In this document: piece after piece, positions 48,352 through 63,279 of the stretch
How positions within the stretch are numbered: position 1 is the first letter of the stretch
Layout: every line of letters starts with the position of its first letter
Origin: Phoronis australis
Lineage: Eukaryota; Animalia; Phoronida
Direction of reading: 5' to 3'
Assembly (NCBI GenBank): GCA_002633005.1
Contig: NMRA01000012.1
Span: forward strand, 1,863,992-1,927,991
DNA length: 64,000 bases
The notes under the pieces: model-generated
What the model was told of the DNA's origin: nothing
Seen by the model: only the letters and a program-made list of their open reading frames with translations
Databases searched by the model: none
Translations under genes and position numbers: made by a program

Positions 48352-51300
48352 AGTTATTAAACCTCTATCGATGACATTGCTCACGGGTAATGTTCATGAA
48401 CAGTTACGATATATTGTCGTTAGGTTAGAATCTGGAAACAATGAGTAATGTTGCCGTGGTAAGACATATGATTGGAACGTAAAACATTAACGACTCTTTA
48501 TTTCACATTGCAGGGGAGTCAAAGGTTATGTTGTAGCGAGGACTGGGGCGACGAGGAAGCACTGTTGTAACAATGCCCGACGAATCGAATACCGTTGGGC
48601 AATTCCACTTGTGACGGACGTACAATCATAGAACATTTTGATAAACTGTAAAAAAATCTTCATCCCACGAAAATAATTAATACATCAATTGTTAGTTCTC
48701 ATTAAGATCTTTCAATGCATGTATTAACTTTTGTTTGACCTTTTTTAGTTTGGCTGAGAAAATTCCTCTAAAGGGGTGTGACGCACATACACAGATGATT
48801 TGAATTTTGAAAGAAAAAAACATCAATTTTCTGTGAATTGTAAAAAGTTATATTTTATAATTTCATGTGATGATTTAGTGAAATGTTTGCGAAGTACAAC
48901 ACTCTAATTTTTTATGGTAACCTTTAATAAATTTTAGTGTCAGACAACTCGGTGCAAGTTGAGTGCGTGTGACCACAGATTATAGACAACAAATGTACTT
49001 TAGTCTATGGTGTGGCAGACGTACATGACGGACGTACGTGACGAAAGTACGCTCTGAATTTCTAGTATTAAACTGTTTGTTGCGGCTAAGATAGCAATTC
49101 AGAATAATTGAATAATTCAAATTTCAGTATTTAAGCTATGATGCTGTATTTCACGTGCTTCAAAATTAAATTAGATTGTAGTGAAGCATTGGTCTTTGGT
49201 CAGTGTTACGCCGTCCCTGGCCTGCTAGTAGTAGTATCACCATATCTATGGTAGGGCGGTCAAACCAAAAGTCACTACTGTAATCAGAAAGATAATACAT
49301 ACTACTCAATAAAAATTGAAAAATTATCGAAATCGGGGCAAGCAGTTCAAAGTTATTACAATTTTTGTGGCAAAATTTGGGTCACTTGTTTGGATTGGGA
49401 CGGCCATCTTGGACGACAGCGGGATAAGTTACTAGTTTAAAACTTTGTATAAATTATTTTCATCAATAATATGGCGAGATACATCTTTACTTACTATTTT
49501 GCGCTATTCAACAGTTTTCACCACGTTTCGGCTTCGCAGATGTTACTTATTGAGTGATAAATGTGCTCAAAATTCCCGGCGGCACCGACAACATGGCGAC
49601 TTTTGCTGAACTGAAAGGCATGTTTAACCGGCTACTTTGTAATTTGTGAAGATTTAGCGTTGATACATTTTGACAAACGCTGCTCCAAAAATCAACTTCG
49701 TTAAATTTTCACGTTTTTGTGCACAAAATATAAGGAATATTCAATTTGATTTCTAATTATTTTACGGTGAATTTTCTATGCAGGTCATCTTACACTCTGC
49801 TGAAAAATAGTTGAAATATTTTTAAAATGGGTTTTTGTTTGACCATAGACATTTTAACTGCTTTTCAAGGCTTGATTATGTGTCACAAAATGATTCATAT
49901 TTCTCTAAATTTTATGGGTAAATTGTGCTTTGAAGTCGTGTTTTGTAACTTGTTGCTTTCTTACTTCAGATTCCAGGCAACAATATGGGGAACCTTAATT
50001 GGAAAAATAGGCTATCTTGGATTGTGAAGTTTCAAGCCTCCAATTTTTGTTCCTTGCAACTTCATATTTTTTTAATCATGATTGTCGAATTGTGGTGTAA
50101 GGAAACACTATTTGGTCGCCATGGTAATAGTCATAAGCACGTCCAATTTCACATGTAAATTTGTGCTGTTGGATAACGTTTGTAATGCTTAAGTACTGTG
50201 CATTCTACTTACTTATTATGGTAAAAGCTTGGATCCTTTTGGCTAACAGGTTAGCGTTACTGTACTGAGATTGTTTCAGTTTTGACTGATTTACAGTAGA
50301 TATATCCCTCAACTACCTTCAGTTGAAACCAAATATAGAGTTCCGACTGAAAGCACTTGATTTTGATTTGAACTTTGGAATACCTAAATGATTAAATCAT
50401 AATGGTCCTCTGATTGGTTCTTTCATTTGATTGAGTGATATAATTAGCTTGCCATAAACACCTTTGGGCAACATTTCTTGGTGCTTTGGGTTTACTATTA
50501 TTTCAATAGATTAATACATAAATTTAAAAAAAAAAACATTGTACAGTTGAAAACCAAGTTCATAAGTACCAGTATTTCATTTCATGGGCTCTTGCAATTC
50601 TGTCATTGAGATTGCCACCTCCACTCAAATTACAATTATAGGTGTTGTTCAATTGAAAGGTCACTTCCTTGGTACATTTTGTATTGTACATCTCTGACAC
50701 GCTGTCTGGTCTCTACATGTCCTTGGCAAAAAGCAATTGAGTTATGCCAAGAAATGGAATTGGAAGAACGCCAGGGATTAATTATATGAAAGAAGCAAAA
50801 TTTTGGAGGGTTGACCAATCTTGTCAAAACTGAAGGTTTTTCGACAAGTATCTTTTCTTGCCGGTGCCTTGGATGATCTGCTCCAAGATGAAACTAAATT
50901 TGTGTCTTGTTTGGGAAGTTAGAGACACTATATATGTATGACTGATAATATCAGTGGCGTACACTGATACATAAGAGCTATAGATTGTTGCCATTCAAGG
51001 CGGAACATAGTAACAGTAGTTAGCCACAACAGAATTACACGTGATGTGACTGTTTTTGACTGAGATAGTGAAGACCTCTTTTACGCGAGATGCATCATCA
51101 ACAAGAAAACTTTTTTTCATCAGTACAGAACATGTTTCACATTTGTATCTCCAATCTTTCAGTTGTCTTATAACTGAACAGAAATAGTGAAAACCTCAGC
51201 TTGGCACTGCAAATCATTACAATGCCACTTCATTTCGACAGTACAGAGGGCCATGTACCACTGAAGAAGGCATCCCTTCAAGTGATCTGTACTGAAATAG

Positions 51301-51592
51301 AAAATCAATTCCTCGGATGAAGGCGCTGATACTACAAGCTTAAAGTGTACGCAACATGACTCTAGTACCTCAAAATAAATTTTATTATTATATCTTACTT
51401 GATTTCAGTGCCTTTAGTGCGCAGCTCATAAAGAAACACGTAAAAATTGGAAAAAATAATAATTATGTACAACGTCATGGGTTGAACCCAAGTCGGTCGG
51501 CACACTGTTCGGATCAGCAACTAAGACTGAACTAAGTTTATAAAGTGAAGTGAAAGTAAAGTATATTTAGCGTCGAGAAGGTTCGTAGAGGG

Positions 51593-51860
51593 ATGAAAAG
51601 ACGTGTTTGCGGAGGCTGCAGCAACAGCAGTCAGACGGAGAACGTCTCGGTGTTCCGAAGAACGCCAAAGTTGCGCAGTAGTTGCATCGATTCGTGCGCC
51701 GAACGAGAGTGTGGGACCTCAGCGTGGACCAAGCGATTCTGTCCGGAGCTACTCTGTGTTCTGCCCACTTTGAGGAATCGTGTTTCGACTCCAATCAGAG
51801 GAGATGTTACGATGAAGGCCTGGTTCAACAAAGGACAATATTTACTATTCAGAAACATCG
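51593..51860 (+). pseudogene. Frameshifted THAP zinc-finger domain (transposon-derived)
   Basis: MKRRVCGGCSN..SVF(P)KN..*LHRFVRRTRVW..LCSAHFEESCF..TIF matches the THAP signature across one frameshift and one stop. Confidence 0.8.
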
Positions 51861-54800
51861 GCTCTTTATTCAGGATCGTCCAGTGTTGGATGACTGGCCG
51901 AGCCCGAGGCCGCTTCTCTCGCGGGAGGATCCAGTTCGAAGTAGAAAAGTACGCAGCTGAAAACATATCAAACTCGTTCTCGCTTTCGTGCAACCCCATT
52001 TCGTCATCCTGGCCACCATTCTCGTACGTTTCTTCATAGTATTTGTTCATTTCTTGCTCATAATCGTTGTCGCTTTCAAATTCCCTACTCTCCGCCGTTG
52101 TTCAATGCTAGTCGCTGATCTCTTGTATTCAACCCATGATGTCACATGGCGGGAAATGTGAAAAGTGGCAAAATTGAAAGAGAAATCAAAATTTCGAGCT
52201 AATGACACAAAATAACCATGGATTTGGCTAAATTTTACGTCATACATTTAGTCTGTGGCCACCGGTAATTCGAAATGTGCAAAAATCCATGGTGTATACT
52301 GTTTAAAAATCATACAGTTAGTCATTCAAAATACTCCAGTAACTCCTTTCTTTACTCCACTTGAAATGAAACTGGCCTTCGCTGCGCATAATTGCGCTAA
52401 AAATAGATATGAAGTGATACAAAGATACTCGCATAATTTGTTTACTTGGATGCCATGACAAACCACGCAGACGTGATGTCAGGCAATAAAAATACACAGA
52501 TTTTGGCATCAAACTTTGTATCTTTGCGCACTCAACTCTGGTTACATTTGTATAGCGATTGGTGCATTATTTAGTGGGGGTGGATTGCTCATAAAACCCG
52601 ACGAAGAATTTTTATTTAGTTTTTTCTTGATGTAGAAATTTTCAATTTAATTTTAATTTTTACAAAAATAGGCCTTCTAATAAAAAAATAAACAAATTTA
52701 GAGATTCAAAAAAAATTGACCTTATTTTCATATATAAATAACCTTCACACCCCTTGGTAAGGACAATCCCATGTGGGTAAAAACAGCAAAATCGGTCACT
52801 TGCCGGTGTGTCGTCCATTTTGCGTAGTGTGAATTTTGAACTCAAGATCGAAAAAAAACGTCCCGTAGAGTATGAAACTGCAGTTGAAGTCCGTGCAAAG
52901 ATTTGGAATTAGGATACTGAGTGTTTCAGGATCTGTTAATGTTATAGATTATATTTTCACGCGCGTTAAAAATTTTTAAACAATGATGTTCAGCATGTCA
53001 TCGACGTCACAAGTCAAGATTTGAAAACCTGTTTTAGATACATTCACATAACGCTTTTGCGCAGTTCAGTCCAATATTTTAAGGGGGTTTGGGTTACAAA
53101 GAACCGGACGAAGAAGTTTGAAAAAAGTTTTCGACTTGTATTTATTTTTCTCTTAAGTTGAAATTGACAAAACTTTTATGTTTAAGGACGAAATTTAAAA
53201 TTCTTCGTCCGGAAAGTGAAAATTTGACCTTTATTTTACGTAAAAACATTCAATGCACCCCCACAGCAGGTGAATCCAATTGCCGCAAAGAGCTGATAAA
53301 TGCCTACTTGTCGGTGCCGCGGTTTCACATGACTGGGATTTCTGAACTTGGGCCTTCATTCAAAGGTGAATTTCGCACTTCAGTGGGCAGAGAGGTCAGA
53401 CGCATTTCTTGTACGTTAAGAAAGCTATTTGAGAATCTGATACTTTACTTTTTGTAGCTTAAGATTGTGTAGTTTAACTAATAAAAATTTTTGAAAATGG
53501 AATTTAGGACACTGAAAATACCGAGATTCAAAGACAAAATTGCCGACTTCGACCGCCCTTACCACTGAATTCAGTGAAATACGCAATGAAATTGAAAAGG
53601 ACGCAATTTTCCGAGAACTGGTGCGTTCCGAGGGATGCAATTAATTTCTCGACGAAACAAACCTGACCAAAGTCACAACTTGTTAATTTTTTGTATCCAG
53701 TGAGTTTTATAACTTCTTCCTCTCCGAAACTTGACGTGCTATTCTCGAGGGCGCTCACCGTTCTGACTTCCTCGACGACGCAGACGATTGGTGGAATTGC
53801 GCGGAATATTCCGACGATTTAATTGGTCAATCCAGTCTCGTGAGACTTCACCAGTCAACACGTAGTAACCAGACGATAATTCACGAGACTCGTACTAGTC
53901 GTTCGGTAAGCTTGTCGGATTTATACAGCGGCCGTCTTTTGGACGTCCACTAGAATTTTATTTTGTACGAGTTCGACAAGACGTACAGAAAAAGACGAAC
54001 AAAATTTTTAAAAGTTACTTGAAATGACGGGTAGTTTCTTAATATCATTAGCTGGTCATTAGTCATTTCAAAACTAAGAAATTTACTGCAAATTCGGACG
54101 GTCTATTTTGTGGGAAGACAGGACATTAGTGCTGAAAACTTTACCTCTAGTTAGATTTTTTGGACTTAGTCGACGTTAACATCACTAGTATGAAAGTCGC
54201 AATCTTTTTTAAGTAAAATGTTTCCGCATACAGTTTCAAGCACTTCCATTTTGAAGTCACTATGCTATTACATGGGTGGATACACTACATGGCGCCAAGG
54301 CTGCAGCGGTACCGGCGGAACGCTGGTGCTGGAGGCTAACAAACAGCCTGTTCGGTCAATTTTTTGGAAGATTTGGACTCCCAGTTTTGGAATCTTGTAT
54401 AAGGCCCTGGCTGTCATGCTTATTGTGTTGTATGTCCGAACTAAACTGAAATGTTTATGAATTTGTTTTAATAAAATATATTTCACTTTGGATTCCTAAA
54501 TATTTGTTTGTCTCGACACTGTAGGAAAGAAGGAAGGGTGACGAGCTTGAACGTACATTTTCAGTGATTTTACCAGTCTTTCGATTGTTGTCCTTCATAG
54601 CAGACGATGTGAATTTTGAGGACTCCAAATGTATACGCCTGACTGCTATTATGTTTGGAGTGACGGGAAAATGAATATTTGTGAATTCATAATGGTTATA
54701 TTACGATGTCTTCTCGTTTTTAGTCTTCTTTTTTGCATTTTTGTTGCTATGGGAATTCCAAACGGGACTTGTAGATTTCACAAACTGAAAATTTTTGTAA

Positions 54801-55529
54801 ATTTATGAAACACAATGTTAATAGTTATTATAAATCACGGGTAATCTCATCGCTTAACTGCCGCGGGTACCGTTGGCATATACTGTATATGTGACGTTAT
54901 ATAACAAGCCAACGAACATGGCAACAAGATATCGCCGCGATGCAAATAAGTTCATGCATATGAGATAAATAGGTAATCTTACATACATGTACAAAGGAAT
55001 ACTCACTGCGATATCCTACATGTATGTCGAATTCATCTCATCTGGGAATGTCCCAACGAAACCGAATGTGGTGAAAATGTGGAGTTGCCTCCACTAAGTA
55101 TGCCAGTACCCAGCATGTGACAATTTTTGTGGATGTGGCTAGTGGCAGTATTCAAGGTAGTTTGTTAGACTGTGCCTTTTTGGCTCTCATTTTAACTGGG
55201 AGAATTCGCTTCAAGCTAAATATACGTGAAATGTGTGTCTGGTGATACGGGTTTGAAAACTTAGTTCACTGAAATCGGAATTTCTGAGTTACAATGCAGG
55301 ATACAGTGACAAAAGTTGAGGGAATTGAAGTGAAATGACGTCAAACTGTGCGTATACAATAAAGCAGCTAACTAATTGTCCTCAGAGATGCACAGCGAGT
55401 TCAGTTGAACAAATTGTATATGCATTGTTAGACAGCATTAGGCAACTGAATAGTTTACTGGCTACAAAATATCACTACTTCTCTCAAAATATCAGGCAAA
55501 CATGGTTCTTAAGAAATGGATATTAAACC

Positions 55530-55880
55530 CTATTTTGATGATTTCAACCAAACCCCGTTCTGTCACCTTCTAATGCATCATTGGCGTCAATATTGACAGA
55601 TAAGAACAGGAGTCAGGTAAATACTCATACCCCCAATCTCACAAATTGAGCATTGTGGTCCTTGGTGGGTTGATTTTCCACAGATGCCGTGTAAATCACT
55701 ATAAGCTTAGGCCACGCTTGCCCGTTTAGCAGACTTTGAAATGACTTTTCAGTTTTCCTAAAAACTTTTGAGGGTTGTGAGGGTTACAGAGCATTATTTT
55801 ATTTCAGAGAAGTAGATAGGAATGTCGTTTTCAGTATATGTTAATACGACAAAACCGTGTTTGGTATCCTTTTAAGGATA
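55530..55880 (-). repeat. Dispersed repeat family A copy (inverted)
   Basis: TCATAC..ATCTCACAAATT..CATTGTGGTCCTTGGTGGGT..TTTTCCACA is the reverse complement of the family core. Confidence 0.7.
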
Positions 55881-58766
55881 TGTCAAACTCTAGGAAAATG
55901 GTCAAGTTGGTCTAACTTCGGAACATCTCAGAAATGGCAAATCGGATTTAGTTGAAAATTCCAGATTATTTTAATGTTTTGTGCTCTGTTATCCAAAACG
56001 TGTTAGGAATTATTCTTAAAATGTTCCGCTTTTGTATGAGAAGCTATCAAAATTAGGACTTTTGTGTTTCTATGAAAAAAGTTGGATAAAACGAAAACAA
56101 TTATAAGCAATAATTTAAAAACATCTTTGAGATTTTAACTTGAACATTGAAGTCAAGCAAAATTTGGTCACTGTATTGATTCCGTTGTTTAGCTTTGATA
56201 AGTACTGATAGACTGTCGGAAATGTGACAATAAAATCACACATGATGATTGCCGATTACGGTGAACTGGCTTACTGTCTGCAATTAGTACCACATCTATG
56301 CGCGATTGGGCGCACTCACAATGCTGCCTGTGGGCAATGAGTTCAAAGGGTTTTACTATGTAAACACACACCTGGTGGAAATGGCTAAAGGCACTGTGTT
56401 GCGCTGCTCATCTTGTTTTACAAGAGTCCATTAATAGCGTCTTGTTGCCGTCGGACGCGATTCACAATAGTTTCCAGAAAATCTGCCTTTTGGGGATTTC
56501 AGGGCGACCCATCTAGTTGTGTATCGGAATGCTGTGTACCTATTGGAGTCAACGCACGTGCTCAGGGTTCACATAACGCAAGTGCCCACAGAAATGAATC
56601 CCTCACATCGCACGCGCCTTTTTGTACTTTGAGGCGACAATGGGCCTACTAAAACCGTAACTTTCCCGGTTTGCTATTAACTGACAACGTTTCTCGAGTA
56701 TTGTATGATGACAGATGACAAACATTCACAGCGAAAAGGTTTTTTTAGTAAAAGATCATCGACGGAGGTAACTGAAAAGGTAGGCTACAAGTACAGGTGA
56801 TATGAATTAAATCGGCTTGCAAAGGCGGACCCTAGATCCCATTGGGGGTGCGTTCGCACCTGTCGCATCTCCCGGGTAGGGGCATGCTAAGCATTTCGGC
56901 AAACGACCAATTAGAACGTTGCATGTGAGCCAGTGTCCAGGAACTGCGCTTGCTCTTCTTGTGTAAGAGTTCATCTCAGCAAGTCCCGTACTTTTGATGC
57001 GGTAAACATGTTCGTTTTCAGAATCTCAAAATACGACATCGCCTTCATCTCCGTAATAAAGTTTTATCAATATGTTGACCTCGGTGAAAGTCATATTTCA
57101 CATAAAAGAATCTTTCAGCGCAAAGTTATATTAAAGAATCAGTTGTTGGCGTATTGCTGCGCCATCAGGCCATTGACATCTGTGCGGAACTGCGCTTATC
57201 TATGCAAAACTTAGGCGCATGCACCCCGTATGCGAACTACTTGGGTAAAAAGGCCCAAAGAAAAGGCATTTGTCCATGGGCGTAAAGGCGCGGCAAAACC
57301 GAAAACATGTAATTCGCTGTTTAGTTTCAACACAGGTATTGACATTGTCCCTAACACATGCTATATCTTTAAAATACTACGTAACCATGCTAGGGTATAT
57401 TAAATGCACATTGTAACTCATGCTTATCAGAGTCAAAATTCAATATCAACTTGGTTTGTTTCCGAAGCTCTACCATATTTTTAAATTGGGGAGGAGAAAG
57501 GCGAGAGTTTCGCGAGTGTGCACGAGACTATAATACTAGCGTAACATGTAATGATCGCAGCCACTGAAGTGATTGCTCAGTGAGGTTGGAATGTTGAATT
57601 GTGGGATAGGATTTATACATTATGGAATGTGATTCGCTTACTGTTTCCGTTCCGATACCCTAAGATTTTTGTCCACCAGTACACGGATAATGGCTTGGGT
57701 CTAAGGAACGAAACTCTGGTCAATGCGGTTCAAATGCTTATAAATCCGATACAATCATTAACAATTTCAACATGAATTGATATAGTCTATCAGTCATCAT
57801 AATAAGCTGAACTGTCAGGATAAAGACCAAACAATGTGATTATCTAGATAGCAAGATTTGACAGGTTTGTAGTTAACTCAGACAGCATCAATTTTAATGC
57901 ACTTATTTGTACATTGTAACTACACCAACAGAACATTCTGGAAAGATATTTTTGAATTTTACTTCAGTGATAGCGATAAACCATTAATGAACGATAATGT
58001 TCTTTTTTGGAATTAACAACACATTAATCTACGAACTTAATTTTGACTCTAGCGAAATATCACACATACTGCCAAAGACTCGGTATTGCTTTACCGTCTC
58101 TAATGCTTTTGTGAATATTTTACAATAATATTACTTCACAGGAAAATGCATTTTTCGAAAAAATAGACAGTTTGATAGAATTAGAAATAGATGGTTAAAA
58201 TTTGCTCACAAGCGACCATACATTGAGTGAGTGCGTGCGTGTATGTACTCGTTCATTGCCGATGATTTATTTGATAATAAATGTACTATAATGTTAATGG
58301 TAAGTGTGTGAAATTATACATTACACAACAATGTAGAACAGGATTATACATGTACATGAAGTTATTGCTGAAAAAGATTTTTACATTTATGTACCGTATA
58401 GCTCCGCATTTAGGCGCATGTGCCTATATGTGGATCACTGCGTTTTTTTGTAAGATTTTTTTGCTCAAACCAAGGAATGTAGTACACTCCTTGTTCAAAT
58501 GCCTCGCATATAGGCGCATGCGCTTAAGTCCCGCAATTAGGCGCAGTCCCGCAATTAGGCACATGGGCACATTACAGGGCTATATTGATCACGAACAGTT
58601 CACGTACTAGGGATAGGGATGATCCGTATTATACAGAAGCCGCCGCCGTCTGGCAATGCAACAATGCACTAACGATTTTGCACTGTGACTTTGTTTATAT
58701 CTAAACCGGATTACGCTCTTTGCGTATCTGAGTGAATCCGTTTATCTTTCTCTGATATGGTCCTGC

Positions 58767-59181
<415 letters not shown>

Positions 59182-60049
59182 TGAGAAAAATGGCAAGCGC
59201 GTTCCAAAATCACTCGTGTGTGTTTACGTACTTACCCTGCAATAAGCCCAAGATATATTTAAAGTTCAGTTTTTCAAGGGGATAAAAATGTCTACATAGC
59301 GCTAATTAGATCAGGATCGGTGAATTTTTCAATAAAAAAACTCCGTTCGGCCAAAACTTTTTTCTTTACAATCGTATTTCAAAACTAAATGGTTCCAACC
59401 AGTGACATAAACCTAAGCGATGGCTTTCACAGACGACCCTACGTAGAGCTCAAACAAAAGTTGAAGACCTACGGCTAAATCACATTAAAGGTCCATATTC
59501 GAGAGTTGACTGTGTTACGGTCTAAAATAAATTTTTTGGTCACTTATCAAGTGCCAACTGAATCTCACATGCAAAGAGTTATTTAGTTGTGCAAATTAAA
59601 AAATAATCATCAAAATCGGACAATGTGTGAGAAATTTGTGCATGTTTTGTGCATGAATTCCATGCATTTTTAGCGTTACGAGTGGCCATTTTAAAAATTA
59701 CAATTTTCAACTGCCAACAGTAGAAAAGAAATTTATTCTATTAGTAAGCAATTGCTTAGATATGACTGAGAATAACTTGAGTCACTTTCAGAATCACTTA
59801 GATGAAGTTGTTCTTAATCATTGAGAAATGGTAGGGTTCATCATAAAATAGGCACTTGTTACGAAATTTGTAAATTCTGTGTTTCTAACCCTCACCTACT
59901 GTAAAGAAGGTTAAAAACTAAAGTTCATACTCTGTAATAAAAATAACTGCAGAATATGTTAGCCTAAGCAACACAGTATATTATTCAATATCTAAACAAA
60001 CCAAAGGTTTGTATATTGACTGGGTTCTGCTATGTTGAAAATTGGCCAA

Positions 60050-60965
60050 AAAGGTAGTGTAGTGTAGTGTTCATACCCCCATGTGGAATTCAGTAACACA
60101 AATGGTCATTGCCAATGAAATTATTGCCTTTTAAATAACAACATGTTGCTTATTATTATCAAAGAAAAATAATTTAATGGCCATACAACAGTACATGTAT
60201 GTTACCATGTGATGCAGAAACAGTGATGTAGTTTACGTATCCCCTTTTGTAGTGTACGTAACCCCGTGTTTAGAAATGCCATGAAATTAAAGTTTTACTT
60301 GGTAAGTGAGCAACATTGGTCATAGACAGTTTCCTTCCTTACAGTGGTAGGTTAAAAGGGTGTCTGTTGCAAATTCTTTTTTTTAAGTGAAATATTAGCA
60401 TTTGTGTAGTGTACATACCCCTATATTTTAATTTGTGCCTATTTTCAAAGTATGGCAGATATGCACATGAATGCTGTGCTAATTATTTTTTCTCTTTGAA
60501 TTGATTTAGTAAACCAATTAGCTTTCAGTAGATTCTTAGTATTTAGTTATAAACCTGGCATGTCATTTAAATGTAGTGTACGTACCCCTGTGTAGTGTAC
60601 GTACCCCGATGTGAACCAGTACCATGAAACAAAAATATTACACGGTAAGTAAGCAACATTTGTCACAGACAGTTCCTTTCATTAAAATGCTAGGTTAAAA
60701 GGGTGTTAATTACAAATACATTTGTTTTGAGTGAAACATTAGCATTTGTGTAGTGTACGTACCTTCATATTTTAACATGTGGCTACATGTATTTTCAAAG
60801 AATGACAGACAGATGTGCACATTTATGTTGTACTTTTATTTGTTCTCTTTGAGTAGATTTGGTAAATGAACTAACTCTCAGTAGATTTTAAGTATTTTTT
60901 ATAAACCTGGCAAGTCATTGAAATATAGTGTACGTACCCTTGTGTAGTGTACGTGCCCCTGTGTC
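60050..60965. repeat. Tandem repeat of ~345-350 bp units with a phased GTAGTGTACGTACCCC motif in GH1 intron 1
   Basis: 60249-60591 aligns with 60592-60943, and the motif recurs every ~160-185 bp. Confidence 0.85.
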
Positions 60966-62030
60966 GTTCACGTACATTCAACCTCTGTGCTATAAAGTAT
61001 TGCCCACAAGTATTTTTACATAATGCTGTTCTCATGAGCAACACTGACATTTCCTAAATGAATCCAGTCTGGCAAAAAAAAACAATGGCCATTATCAAAT
61101 TTGTGGGCAATAAAATGCCACACAAGACTTGGCTAGTACTTAACATCCTAGAAGACACGTCATGTGACAAATGATGTTGAAGAGGCAGGTTCTCTATCTC
61201 TCAAGACAACTTGCAACAAACCAACAAGTAGAGGCAGCACAAAACTCGAGACCATCCCATACAGTTGTAAAATTAACGTCAAAATTTGACGTTGATTGAC
61301 TGTGCGTAGTGTACGTACCCCCCAACCAGTACCATTTTTATTGTATACAAGTGGAATACTGGGCCTAACATTGCTTTAACTATTTTGATCAACTGGTGAA
61401 TGTAATGAAAACTAGGCAAATAGAACCAATAAAGTTTTTGAAAAAAGTAGTTACTTGTCATTTTCTTTTTGTAAGAATCATATTGCATGAGAAGAAGTTC
61501 TCATTGTGATAAGACATGCAATGTATCATCATCTAGAACAACTTGATCAGCACAGTAATAACTTTTCTTACTTAAGTAAGTGATACTTCTTCAATTTGAT
61601 CCTAGAAGTTATTAAATTACAGCTACCTTATGAATTTTTGGATGGTAGAAGTGGGCTGTGACCACAAGTTGTAGTGTACCTACCCTTTTATACAACTGTG
61701 ATGCATTAGGCTATAAAATTTTATTCGGTGGTTCTTGCGTAAAAATATTTTAGATTACAAACCTGGAATGATGGTACTTTAAAACAACCCAGCTTTTACA
61801 GTTATATGACAACCTTCATTTTTTACCAAAAGTGGCCACCGAATAAGGATCTTGATTGTGATTTGCCCACTAGTATTAGATTTTCAATTAGGTCAGGTCC
61901 TAAATACGATAGCTGGTGTAACTGACCGGTTGCTGAACCAAAATAAGATATATTTAGGCTGAAGTCACAGTTCAGAACGTTAACAAAAAGAATTTGAAGT
62001 CCAGATCGCATTTTATTCACTTCATTTTAG

Positions 62031-62161
62031 GTAAAGGAGTGAATATTTGGGACACATTTAGCCATGCTGGCGGAAAAACTGCTCACGACGATAATGGCGA
62101 CGTAGCGTGTGACAGCTATCACAAATACAAGACGGATATCAAAATGCTTAAAGAACTGGGG
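62031..62161 (+). CDS. GH1 exon 2 (KGVNIWDTFSH..GDVACDSYHKYKTDIKMLKELG)
   Basis: 131 nt, AG/GT, in phase. Confidence 0.97.
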
Positions 62162-62723
62162 GTAAATCTATGATATTATTAGTTTTGGTGACCAACGATA
62201 GTTGCCGCTGGGAAACCTAGCTAAACCTTTGTTTGCTAAAGTAAATTACACAACTTTTGTAATGTTTCCTGAATTTAGAACACTGTGGTCGAACACTGAA
62301 GTTTTATTGTATGAAAAAAATTATTAAATATGTTAAGGAAGAAAGCTATACTTCATTATTTATACATTTTATATTGTGCAAATCATCAAAAAATGATGAC
62401 ATTTTGAACATTACTAACCATGCTGTGATCTATTGAAACATGGCTATTTTGGTTGTTAGTTTTGTTCGATTTTCAGAAAGCTTTACCGCCATAAAATGCA
62501 CCTCAGAGCGAACAAGTGTTGATCCTCCGTATATTGCATAATGCTGTTAAAGATTTTTTTAAATGCTTTAATAACCTTGTAAACTGACTAAGTAACAAAG
62601 GAATGACAAAGTCTACACTGGTAATTTGTTTCACGCAAACGGTTTGCTTGCATGGCACTTCAAGAAACCTAATCTTTTGTAACCGCCAGCTGAATGTGAA
62701 TAGAATGGTCTTTTATTCAACAG

Positions 62724-62987
62724 GTCACCCACTATCGTTTCTCAATCTCCTGGTCCAGGCTGTTACCAAACGGTACATTGAGTGGTGGTATAAATAAAAA
62801 AGGAATTGACTACTACAACAAGTTGATAGACGGTCTGACTGCGGTGGGAATCAAGCCGTTCGTTACCTTGTACCACTGGGACCTTCCTCAGCCATTACAA
62901 GACAAGTACAATGGGTGGTTAGGAGAAGAGCTGGTCGACATATATGCTGATTATGCCGATCTCTGCTTTAAGACTTATGGAGACAGG
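62724..62987 (+). CDS. GH1 exon 3 ([26 protein letters not shown])
   Basis: 264 nt, AG/GT, hallmark motifs. Confidence 0.97.
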
Positions 62988-63279
62988 GTCAGTCATTCCC
63001 GAATTCAACAATTCTTCCTTAGAATACCTAATGCTCGCAGTGTACCCATGCATAGATCTATTCTACTCGCTCTTCTGCTAAACGAATGAACCAGCGTCAG
63101 AACCGCGTAAAAAGAGATTAGTCTCAAACAGTTTAACACTTCCTTCGTAAAAATCAATGGTGCATGAAGTTGGTGTAAAGAAAGGATTACCACGGGGTAC
63201 TTGGACTGTCATTCACAAAAATTTTAGACGTTAAGACAAAGCTAGAAAGTTTATTTCAAAATATGATGACCATCTTGGG

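Noticed and set aside
50280-50930. Possible additional transposase exons
   Set aside because: Coding-like but interrupted by stops, with no motif I could assign.
45751-51860. THAP domain and P transposase as one gene
   Set aside because: They are on opposite strands and separated by several unrelated insertions.
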